Below, piece after piece: positions 11,791 to 23,283 of a stretch of 64,000 nucleotides of DNA (its first letter is position 1; each line of letters begins with the position of its first letter). The position numbers and the translations under genes were made by a program. The DNA is from Chlorokybus atmophyticus (Eukaryota > Plantae > Mesostigma and Chlorokybus algae), in NCBI GenBank assembly GCA_009103225.1, contig RHPI01000575.1:29317-93316 (forward strand), in the 5' to 3' direction. The notes below the pieces were generated by a model. That model was not told the DNA's origin. It saw only the letters and a program-made list of their open reading frames with translations, and searched no databases.

Positions 11791-13984
11791 TTATTCAGAA
11801 GCAGCAGGGAAGCGGTCGCGGTCATGTGGCTGCATGTAATCGATGTCGGGGCCCAAAGGAACAATCTTGAAGGGGTTGATCTGTGCGCACACGCACACAG
11901 ACATAACAAGTCAGGATACGTGCAAGGACAACCAGCAAGTAAATACTCAAGCCGGCAGGCGGGCATACCTGAGGGTGGCTCTTGTAGTAGTGGTTCTTGA
12001 TGTGCTCCATGTTGACGGTCGCCGCGATGCCCGGCAGCTGGTATATCTCCTTGGTATAGTTGAACATGTTGGGGTACTCGCGGATGCGCTTCTTGTTGCA
12101 CTTGAAGTGCACGGCGTACACCTGTGATGAACTCCAAAGGTCAGATCCACTGCTCGTGCATGACATGCTGCGCGCAAGCTGAGAGATGTACCTCGTCGAA
12201 GCGAATGAGTGTCATGAACAGGCGGATGTCTGCCTCGGTCAAGTAGTTGCCCACCAGATAGCGCTGCTTGGAGAGAATGTCTTCAACCTGTGTTGATAGA
12301 CACACCGCAAGCAATTTTCAATGTCAGCATAGTTGCGTGGTTATCATTTTCCTAATGTGTACCCGATCGAGGGACTCGAAGACTTGTCTGTTGGCCTCTT
12401 CGTACGCGCCCTGCTTGATGGCGAAGCCGCTCTTGTACACACCGTTGTTGATGCCATCGTACACCTAGTGCATTGCACAACCAATCCAATGAGAGACACG
12501 CATGCCATGAATTACTTGTCCAGCACCTCAACGCAACTACCATACAGAGTGACTGCCCGACTGGACTCACCCACGCGTTGACCTCATCAATCTGCTTCCT
12601 GAGATGCTCCGGGTAGTAGTCGTGGTCGGGTTTCTTGGCGATCTTGAACTGCAGACAAAAATCACATGTGCTTATGTTTATATATGTATGCGTACGACTA
12701 GTGCTGCGGCGTACATGCATGGGGACATTACCTCAGAGTTGAACATGCGGATGATCTCTGAGCTCTCATTGCTGACGATGGTCTTCTTGACCTTGTCGAA
12801 TAGCACTGGCACGGTGTAGCGGCCGTCATAGTCGGGGTTCACCTGCTCGTACACCTGCCGGATAGTCGTGCCTGCGTCGCATTTCAGCACTCAACACGCC
12901 GTGGACACACACATTGTGTTGATGATGGCCACACATGCGCACGCATGCCCACAAACACTTACAGTGGTTGACTGGGTCTGGCGTGGCGCCGGGCTCCTCG
13001 CTTTCTGAGGAGGGTATGCCCCACCCGCTGTGCGTGTCGCTCTCGTCGTCCGGCCGCGTCTTCTCCATCATCGCCTTGGTCACCGTCACGTCGATAGCGT
13101 CCTCAAGCCCCTGGACAACATGCGAGTCTGGATCAACTGATATGATCATCCAATGTGTCAAAGATTGTATAAAACTGCGCACGCACCTTCAGCGCCCGGA
13201 ATGCCATGCATCGGCTCGCCCACGGGCACGCGTAGGATATGTACAAGTGGTAGCGGCCCGCTTCGGCAGGAAAGCCTGGCGCAAGAACGCCGTGACATCA
13301 TTGCTTCAACCAAACCCAACATGATGACGACAAGCGTACATGCTGACTTGACTGAGTTTGGTTAACTGTTCTCAAACTCTGCATGTATTGGTTGAAATGC
13401 ATGTACGATAACGACAAGCGTGTATGTTGGCTGAGTAGGATCAACTATTCTCACACACACACAATTTTGCCCGTATTGTTGGGATGCATTTAAGCGACGC
13501 GACACGCAAGCAGCTTGCATGTTTGGTCGACGATAATACTGCACGCATGCAACAGTGTGTGTGGTTGCTGGCATCGCAAGGCCGTGATGGTGCGTGACTG
13601 CTGCTGCTGCTGCTGCTGTTTGTGCGTGTGCATTCAAGCGACTGTCTATCTAGAGGCAAACGCACCTGAGGAGCCGTCGGCGGTGATGAAGTCCCGGAAG
13701 CTCGCCTCCTTGCGCTTGAATGCGCCGTCCTCCGACAGGTCCGACATGGCCGTGCGTCCGAGCTTGGACAGGTGGTCCGTCATGCTGCTCCCTGTCGCCG
13801 TCGACGCCGCCGCCGCCGCCGTAGTTTGCACCCGCCCCACCCGCTGCCGCACGCCACCAGCACGCAGACCACACCGGCGCTGCGGCGGCGGGGAGGGTTT
13901 GAGTCTCCGGGCGACGCCCGCAGCACGGCCCCTGAGAACGCCGGCGTGGCACGCGGCAGCGGCAGCGGCGCTGGCGAGCTGCAT
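11791..13984 (-). CDS. Glutathionyl-hydroquinone reductase / omega-xi class GST (ECM4/YqjG family), ~9 exons, with a likely organelle transit peptide
   Basis: Motifs DGAFKR...[22 protein letters not shown] (catalytic CPW), [79 protein letters not shown]. Ala/Arg-rich N-terminal extension. Confidence 0.93.
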
Positions 13985-14548
13985 GCGGGCGACAGTGAGG
14001 ATAACGACGAGGCCGGCGACGACGTCAAGACTAGAGCGAAAGGGATCGGGGTTCAGTGTTTCACTGATCTCACATGTAGATTCCTGATCGCGGTTCAGTC
14101 AGAGGAGTGATGATGATGATTGCCACATGGGGATGGATGGATCGGCCAGGGGGGCGGACAGAGATGGGAGAGATCCCGCGCAATTGCTGACGCGTCGCAG
14201 AGATTGGCACCACTGGTACGTCGCATCGAGGAGAAAATCAATCGATTGAAAGTAGAGAGGCGCACTTTTTGATGATGCCAGCAGAGAGGTGGGGTTGTTC
14301 ATCATTAGCGTGGACGCAGGCCTAGGAGCTCGTGCCAGCTGGCGCTTACCCAGAAAAATTGACAGCATTGCGCACGGATCAACCATGCATGATGCATGCC
14401 ATCCGTAGGACTAGCTGCTAGGAATCCGCATGCATTCGTTTATTCATTCAACGGAAGGTTTGAATGTCACAGTTTGCTCACGCATCAACACAGAGCCGCA
14501 CACAGGACCAGGCAGGCTTTCCGTCAGCGCTCGGTCATTCGCATCATC

Positions 14549-17500
14549 ATGCTCGCCGCCTGCTGCACGCCCGCCGCCGCCGCAGCGTCATCATCATCCT
14601 CTACCGCCTCGGGTCCCGGGTCAAGGCCAGACAGGTCACCGTTGTTGTCGTCCAGCAAGGCGGCGGTAAAGGCGTGCCCAGCAGCGCTGCAGGCCGGGGT
14701 CAAGTCTAGGACGCAGAAGAGGCGGAGTGGGGGTGTGGTGGTGGCCAAGGCGCAAGCTGCGGCGCAGGCTCCCGCCATGGACCAGGTGAAGGAACGAACC
14801 GACGATGTGGTGGCCGCAGGAAGCCTGGAGCCCATCCACACCATTGTGCCCATGCCACTCGACGAGGTTAGTCAAGTCCACCCCAGCTCATCATCCGATC
14901 GCTGAGAGTGATGAACTGGGGTGGAGTCATATTCACGACAGCCTATCATGCTTTGAGATGCATGTTGTGTGCAAGTATGGGTACGGTGCGAGTGCGTTTA
15001 TGCCGATTCATTCAGGGATACATGAAGTGAGGCATACAGGTGGGTGCAGCTTGAGATACTGTATGCATTGCAGGTTGCCAAGTACAGGGAGTCGCACCCC
15101 TCGGCGGCCAAGTGGGCTGAGGGCTATGGTGTGATCAAGCACAGCGAGGAGACGCAGGCGCAGGTGTATGACCTTGCCCAGAAGCTCCAGCAGAAGGTCA
15201 GTCAGAGCAGTACGAGCCATCGAACCAAGAATCCGATAGGCATGCACAGATGCAACATGCAGTCATCAATGTTTTGAGCATGTGCTTGTTTCCATTTGTG
15301 GCCATTCATTCATTGCAGCAGGTTGTTGGTTGTAGCAGTCCGTTTATCCTATAAAATGTGTTTCTTGTGCAGGCTGGTTCAAATTACAGCGAGGAGCAGT
15401 TCTTTGGGCTCCTTCATGCGCTGGACCGCATCACGAGCGCAGCCATGTGGCTCGTCGTGCATCTCACCTACGCCGACAAGGTCAGTGTGGGAGTGGGACA
15501 GCCGTGCACACACGCATGCACCATCAGAGGTAATTGTACTCCAACTAAGTCGCCATCACTTCCAGGTCCATTTGGACGGTCACGGCCTTGCTCCGGATGA
15601 GTTCAAGTCGACTCCCGATGGCCACACCGGCGGCTCCCTCAACATGGTCCCCGCATACGTGGGCTACTTTGGCGCCAATGCCATCGCCGGCATCACTCGT
15701 TCGTGGACAATGGGTCAGGGTCACTGCGTGGCCGCCATCGACTCGGTCAACCTACTCCTGGACAACATGCTGCCGGGACACGGCATGAACTACTCTGTAA
15801 CAGATGAGGGCTTGACAAAGTTCGTCTCAGACTTCTACCGCTTCACGATTGGCGATGATGGCGTGTTGGAGACACCACTCGGCTCGCACGTGAATCAACA
15901 CACGGCGGGTGGCACCATGGAGGGTGGTTACCTCGGCTTCACCGAGTTGCAGTATGTCCACATGCCGCTGCGTGGCCAGAGTTTGGTTACATTTCTCTCC
16001 GATGGCGCCTTTGAGGAGCAGCGTGGCGCCGACTGGGCTCCACGCTGGTGGCGTGCCGAAGACTGTGGACTCGTTGTGCCCATCATGATCTGTAATGGTA
16101 GACGCATCGATCAACGCACCACCATGCGCATGGAAGGCGGCGCCGATTGGTTGAAGAACCACCTCGAGCTCAACTACTTTGACCCCGTCGAGTTCGATGG
16201 CCGCGACCCCGCCGCCTTTGTGTGGGCCATCACAGAGCTGGAGGAGAAGCTTAAAGCCGCAGGTGAGGCCGTCGCCAACGGGAAGGATAAGTATCCAGTG
16301 CGCTTGCCTTATGGCATTGCAGTCGCGCCAAAGGGAGCGGGATTCTACAATGAAGGACAGAATTTGGCGCACAATTTGCCACTACCAGGCAACCCAGCCA
16401 AGGAACCCAAGGTGGGTGGGTGTGCGAGTCTTACATGTGTGCAGTTGGGTGTCATGGCGTGGTTGTGGTTTGTTGATGTAATGTGTTTGGGTGTGCAGAT
16501 GGCGGAGCTGTTCAACGAGTGCGCGCGTAAGCTGTGGGTTCCACCCGAGGAGCTGAAGCAGTCCATCGCCGCGGTCACGCAGACGTACCAGGAGCGGCCA
16601 AAGGAGCGAGATCACCCGCTCGTCACGCACAAGATGGTGAGAGAGATGGATGTGTTGGCACTTTAGTATCAGTCATAAGAAGACTACTATTTCACGGTAC
16701 TATGGTGAAGATTGTGACTGATGTGTGTTGCAGGATGTGAAGCTGACCAAGATCCCCACCCCCGAGTACAAGCCTGTGCCAGAGGACAGAGCCAACCCGG
16801 ACGCGTGGGTGGAAACGCCGCCCATGCAAGGCGTTGACGACACATTCCTGGCCGTCGTTGAGGTGTGGACCGCGCATACTAGCGGTTTTTTTTTGTCAAC
16901 AGCATGTCGTCAACTTGTGTTCTTAGCTGATGTCAATGTTGTGTCCCAGGCCAATGACCACCTGCGGCCTCGCGCGGGCAACCCGGATGAGTTCAAGAGC
17001 AACCGCATGTTGAAGACACTCGAATCGCTCAAGTTCCGCGTCACAGAACCCGAAGAGGGCATGCCGGAGCATCCACTTGGGTAAGTGGCTCACATTACCA
17101 TATCAATGAATCCCTGCCGTTGTGCGTGTGTTCATAAGCGCTCGCCCACACAGGTGTATTATTACCGCATTGAACGAGGAGTCGGTCTGCTGCGCCGCCC
17201 TCGGTAACAAGCAGGGCATCAACATCGTCGTGACATATGAGGCATTTGCCGACAAGATGCACGGTGCCGTGAGGCAGGTGGGTATGCTGTTGGTCAATGC
17301 TGGTTCCCCTTTGGATGCAATGGTTGAGCAAAGCCGACATGCTGTGTCTGTGCTGGTGCCAGGAGCTGACCTTTGCGCGTGAGAAGCTTCATGACGGGCA
17401 GAAGGTTGGGTGGCTGAGCGTCCCGATCATCCTGACATCGCACACGTGGGAGAATGGCAAGAACGAGCACTCGCATCAGGACCCGGTACTTGCATGTTGT

Positions 17501-18374
17501 CCGTGTGTGGATGAGTACAACACTGTATCTCTCAGAAGCACCTGGTGCTGATGCCGGGGGGTGTTACCTATGCACAGATTTTTGTGGAGAGCATCATGAA
17601 CGAGACATCCTCTGTCGCGCGCGCCATCTTCCCGGCTGACTACAACACGGCAGCATACTGCATGCTGCAATGCTACCAAACCCAAGCGCAGGTGCGTTAG
17701 CACAATTCAACACTTGCCCCTGCGTGTTTGCATGCATGTTAGTTGGATGCAGCTGCGTGACATCAATGTGTGTGCAGATCTGGGCGATGCCTGTCCCTAA
17801 GAAGGCCCTCCCCGACTTGATCAGCCCGAATGAGGCCATCAAGCTGTTTGAGCAGGGCGCGCTGAAGCTCACGTGGGCCGGCCACGACAACAACAACCCC
17901 ACCGTCATCCTCACGGCTGTCGGCGCGTACCAACTCCCCGAAGTATTGCGTGCTTCACGTCGTCTGCGCGAGCGTGAGATCGCCCACTCCGTCGTGTACA
18001 TGTTGGAACCGGCTCGCTTCCGCTCCCCGCGCGACGCGAGTGAGGCTAAGATAGTGGCCCCGCCGCGCGTGGTGCAGGAGTTGTACCCCGATGACGTGCA
18101 GCCGCGTGTGTTTGTGGCTCATTGCAGACCCGAAGTACTTATTGGGACTCTTCAACCACTCAACAGTGGGTCCCACCGCACCGCTGCGTTGGGTTATGTC
18201 AACCAGGGGGGGACCCTTGATGTGAAGGGGATGCTGTTTGTTAACAGATGCACGTGGGCGCATGTTGTGTATGAGGCGGAGATTGTGCTCGGGTTGGATC
18301 ACGGGGCGCTGCTCACCGAGGAGGAGATGCAGGTCCTCGACCGCAAGAAGAGCCCACACGGCATTATCTTTTAG
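14549..18374 (+). CDS. xfp: Phosphoketolase (XFP family, ThDP-dependent), multi-exon, with a plastid-like transit peptide
   Basis: Motifs DGHTGGSLN, GQGHC, LGSHVN, EGGYLG, LSDGAFEEQRG...NGRRIDQR (ThDP-binding), AGNPDE..SNR, LNEES, VTYEAF, SHTWENGKNEHSHQDP. The N-terminus is Ser/Ala/Lys/Arg-rich and acid-poor. Confidence 0.9.
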
Positions 18375-19843
18375 AGACTAGTGGTGTAAACTGTGTGCGG
18401 TGTAGTTGCGTTGGCTGTGTACATACCCCCCTTCTCGCCCTCTTGCTCGCTCACCATTAGTGCAGCGCTGTAGATTACAATGACTACTCATTTTTGTTGT
18501 GGTTGGTATCAGTAAACACCTTGCTGTATGTTCATGGCGGATGCCAAGTGTTGGCTGGCATGAATCTTGTAAATTCATCAACCCAGTAGGCACGTGCCAT
18601 TTGGTGTCATTCTGCACAGGTACAGCGGTGTGGTTTGTCATGCCAACTACTTGGTGCTGGTCATAAGCGCATTGCACTTGCATTCATGTACATTAACACT
18701 GTGACTACACTTGTGCAGATGTAGGTTTGTAGGCTTGATGTGTTTATGTGCTTGGTACTGTTGTTGATGCAGGCCATGCACAGCTCATTGCACCTTCGTT
18801 TGCTCGCATCCAGCGGACAGGAAACAACAAACACACATTTCAGCACAGATGCGAAAGTGCAAGGCCGCGCACGTACTGGAATACCCTCACCGGCATGCTC
18901 ACGCGCGCGCACATACAGAGTATACACCACTGTGCGATTGGGTGTGGTCACCTGTCGTTGTTGCTTACTAGCACAGTGCATTTGCACTCACACAATGCCA
19001 TACACAGTACGTTGAGTGTGCTTTGATGATCCCAATAGACATCACACACAGTGAATCTATCCCTTTACAACATGCATTGTGAACGTGCACACAGCTGTCA
19101 CAGCAACACTGGCCGTGCCGGGTTGGGCCCCCCCCATCAGGCCGATGCGGCGCTGGCCATGACGAGGACCGTTGGCGTGGGTGTGGGTGTGGGTGTAGGT
19201 GCGGGTGCGGGTGCGGGTGTGCGTGAGGTAGGTGTGTTCGGGGGGGGCGGTGTGCAAGTGTGAGTCTGTGGGTGAGGGTGAGGGTGGCAGTGTTGGAGTG
19301 TGAGTGAGGCTGCGACTGCGTGCAAGCGTGTGCCTGACTGTGTCAATAGTGAGCGCATGGCCGCAGCAGGACACTTGTGTATATACATACAGCAATTGCT
19401 GATACTAGCGGCATCACCAGCGGTAGCACGCCAACCAAACTGTGTGTTTTTGTGGTTGCGCAGGCACGTGCGTGCATGCGTGCATGTGTGAGGCTCAGCA
19501 TGTCATCGGATTGCATGCTTGCGTGCATGCCTCACGCGCTTTGCACATAACGAGATTCGGGCCACTGACCCCTGATGTGTGTCCAACAGTAAACAACAAC
19601 ATCATCTCTCCATTGTACAGACATTCTCCATTGTCTCAGTGCAGTATACTTATCGCTACACAAACACCCACCCACAGTACCAGCACGCCAACTTGATTGG
19701 GGTCACTCCATTCACCCCACCCCGAACTGGTAGCTCACGCCATACAAGGAAGGAAGGCCGGTCCAAACAACCACAACCAGACAGCACTCCACCTGCTCAA
19801 GCGACCGCCTCTGCCGTCCACGTGAGTATGAGCCTCATACTCC

Positions 19844-22511
19844 ATGAGGGCGGTCATGGCGGCGGCGGCGGCGATGGCGGTGGCGGGCGGCGCGAGGCTG
19901 TTTGTCCCCGTTGCGCAGACGTGTCCTCGGTCGCACGTCACCGTGCTGCGGGCTGCTGCCGGCACCCGCAGCAAGAGATGGAGTGGGAGTGATTGTAGCA
20001 GCAGCAGCGGCGGACGCAGGCAGGCGTCCCAGACGGCGGCGGCGGCGGCGCTGTCGTCCTCGTCGTCGTCGTCGTCGACGACAAGTTTGCACAGGAGTAG
20101 TAGCATGCCGCACGTGATCGAGACGGCCGGCGTCCCCGTCTACCTATACACCAACCCCGACGAGGTGGGTGTGCAGGGACGAATTGTGGTGGTGAGTTGA
20201 GTGGTGGTGTTGCGTGGTTGTTGCACCAAGTTGCTTGCAAGTCACGCTGTGACTATACACTATCTCTTTCCCCTATATGTGTGGTGTTGTACAATGCATG
20301 CTGCTCGCGCGCCACTGTAGCACCTGTATGCAACTTTGCTGCATACGCGCGCGGGGGGAGGGGGGCATTGCCTACGCAGCATCCTCTGTGTATGTATGCG
20401 ATGGGGTAGTTTTCTGGTTGTAACATGATTGGCTCCCACCACCTAGATCAGGGCGGTATCCTTGTAGGGATACAGAAAGGTGCGCTATATTGCCTAGCTT
20501 TTGAAACAAACGTTCAAATTGGGCGTTCGCATAATGGCATGCATGCTCGCTAGGCCTATCGCAGTGCTGTATGCGCTTTTGGTGCACACCACGCTGTTGT
20601 TGTGGTCTGACTCGCAAAGCCAAGGTGCGTTGCTCAGGTGGAGGTGGCGGCGCTGGCACAGCTGCGCATGATTGCGGAAGCCGGCATCGCGGAGGGGTGA
20701 GTGGGCCTGGGGACCGTATACATGATGTGGCCGCTCTTTATCGTTCATCTGTGCTATGACACTGCAGTTATGTGAGCGCGATGCCCGACGTGCACTTGGG
20801 CAAGGGCGCGACGGTGGGGACGGTGTTCGCTTCGCGCTCGTTCGTGGCCCCCAACGCCGTGGGCGTCGACATCGGATGCGGCATGGCCGCAGTACCCGTC
20901 GAACGCCTCTTCCGTGACGACCTCATGAAGGTACGCGTCTCAAACCAACTCACTCACTCACTCACTCACTCAGCAGTCTAACCTGTTCTCACGCAGGCGG
21001 ATGGCACGCCCTCGAAAGAGCTGCTGAAGATGCAGAAGCTGATCAAGGAGAGGGTGCCCACAGGCTTCAACGAACACGAACACTCCCCGCCCGACGCCCA
21101 ACAGGTGTTTGTCACAAGCGGTGGATGTTTACGTACCCCCTATCTTGTCCCACAGCATCATTATCATCATCACAGGCTTTGAGAAGGATCACGCGCGAGC
21201 ACGAGCCGTCCCCTTGGCTCAAGAACGAGATCGAGTCGCAGCCAAAGGTCGCCAAACAGGTGTGTGTATTGAGTGCTTTGTGCGCATGATGTGAGACGGA
21301 CTTTGCGCGTGTCTCATTGTTGTTGTGCGCATGTGCACAAGGCAGATTGGGACGCTAGGAGGCGGCAATCACTTCCTGGAGGTGGTATATGATGAGACTG
21401 GCCAGGTGAGCTATTTGGTTCCTTTGCTGGGAGAGTTTTCCACTCCATCGCACGCCAGTTAAGTGGGGACCTTGTGCGCTCTGCAGGTTTGGTTGATGCT
21501 CCACAGTGGCAGCCGCAACATCGGCAATAGGACAGCCATAAGGTGTTGTTGTTGGGGTTGCCGTTGTCGTTGTTGTCGTGGTGGTGATGGCTGATGTTGT
21601 TGCTAAGCAGCAGAGTTCGACCCGTGCACCTGTCACCTCAGGTACGATGGGATAGCGGCGACGCAGATGAAAATGGACGGCAGGCTCGGCCGCGATAAGA
21701 AGACCGAACTCAACACGCTGCGCATTGACTCCTCTGAAGGTCAGGCCTACTTGCAGGTGTGCACACATCTCCTGCACGACTGAAAAAATGTGTGTCGCAA
21801 TGCTGTTCTTGATGTTGATGTGTGCTCACTGAGGACCCGACCCATGCAGGACATGGCGTGGTGTCAAGCGTACGCGTTTGAGAATCGCAAGGCGATGTTG
21901 CGCGTGCTGCAGAGCGTGACGCGCGAGGTGTCGGGCGCGCGGACCGACGACAACCGCCTCATCAACGCGCACCACAACTTCTGCCAGTGCGAGACGTGCA
22001 CTTACACCGACCCCGCCACGGGCAAGGTGAAGACAGAAGACCTGTGGGTCACGCGCAAGGGCGCCACTAGCGCACGACCGGGACAGCCGGGGCTCATACC
22101 GGGCAGGTGAGGATTGAGTGCGGTGCTTTGGATGTGACGTGTTGTTGCGCAGGCTTGTGTTGTGGTATCAACATGTTGTGTGCGTGTAGCATGGGCACGG
22201 GGTCGTTTGTTGTGGCGGGTAAGGGCGAGCCGAAGGCGTGGTCGTCATGCAGTCACGGTGCAGGTCGGCGGCTGTCGCGCACGGCCGCGTTCAGCCAGGT
22301 GACGCAGTCGGAGTTTGAGCGCGCGATGCAGGGCGTGCTGTTCGACCGCGACGAGCGGCTGCGCGACGAGGCCCCGCAGGCCTACAAGGACCTCGCAGTC
22401 GTCATGGAGAACCAGGCGGATCTGGTGGAGATCAAGCACAGGCTGAGGCCGCTACTCAACATCAAGGGCATCGACAAGAACCCGCGACAAATGAAGCAAA
22501 AAAGCGTGTAG
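19844..22511 (+). CDS. rtcB: Bacterial-type RtcB RNA ligase (joins 3'-phosphate or 2',3'-cyclic phosphate to 5'-OH), ~10 exons, with an ~85 aa N-terminal extension
   Basis: Phase-consistent splicing gives MPDVHLGKGATVG, PNAVGVDIGCGM, IGTLGGGNHFLE, MLHSGSR, AHHNF, VTRKGA, IPGSMG, SCSHGAGR, DEAPQAYK and NIKG. Confidence 0.95.
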
Positions 22512-22775
22512 TCCCGCCTCCCGTCCAGTGTTGTGGTGGTTGGCTGCTGGTTGTTGCACACCACAGTGCTGTACGGAATCAACTTTCACACTGTTTTGGG
22601 TCCAATGTGTCTTTTCGCGTCATAAGCTAGTGAGATTCAGCCTTCTCAGCTTTAGCACTCCATTATATCTTCCTTACCGTAATTTCGTCTTTACCAACTT
22701 TTCAGCCAGTAATATCCGCTGTAATTATGTACGTTTGTTGTAGGAATGTTTATGGTTAAGTGGCAGAATGTAACG

Positions 22776-23091
<316 letters not shown>

Positions 23092-23283
23092 NCAACAGTC
23101 CTTGCAATGTATACACTGGAGCGCTTTTTACCGCAACTTAGATCCAATGTCGTGGAACCAACACAAAGTTTACCCACGTAAAGGTAGACCAACATGTCAA
23201 CACGAAGCTGTACATTACTCCAACCCGCAGCTAGTCTACACAAGGAACTTCCCAACAGCAACCAAGTGCTCTTGACCAGCTTC

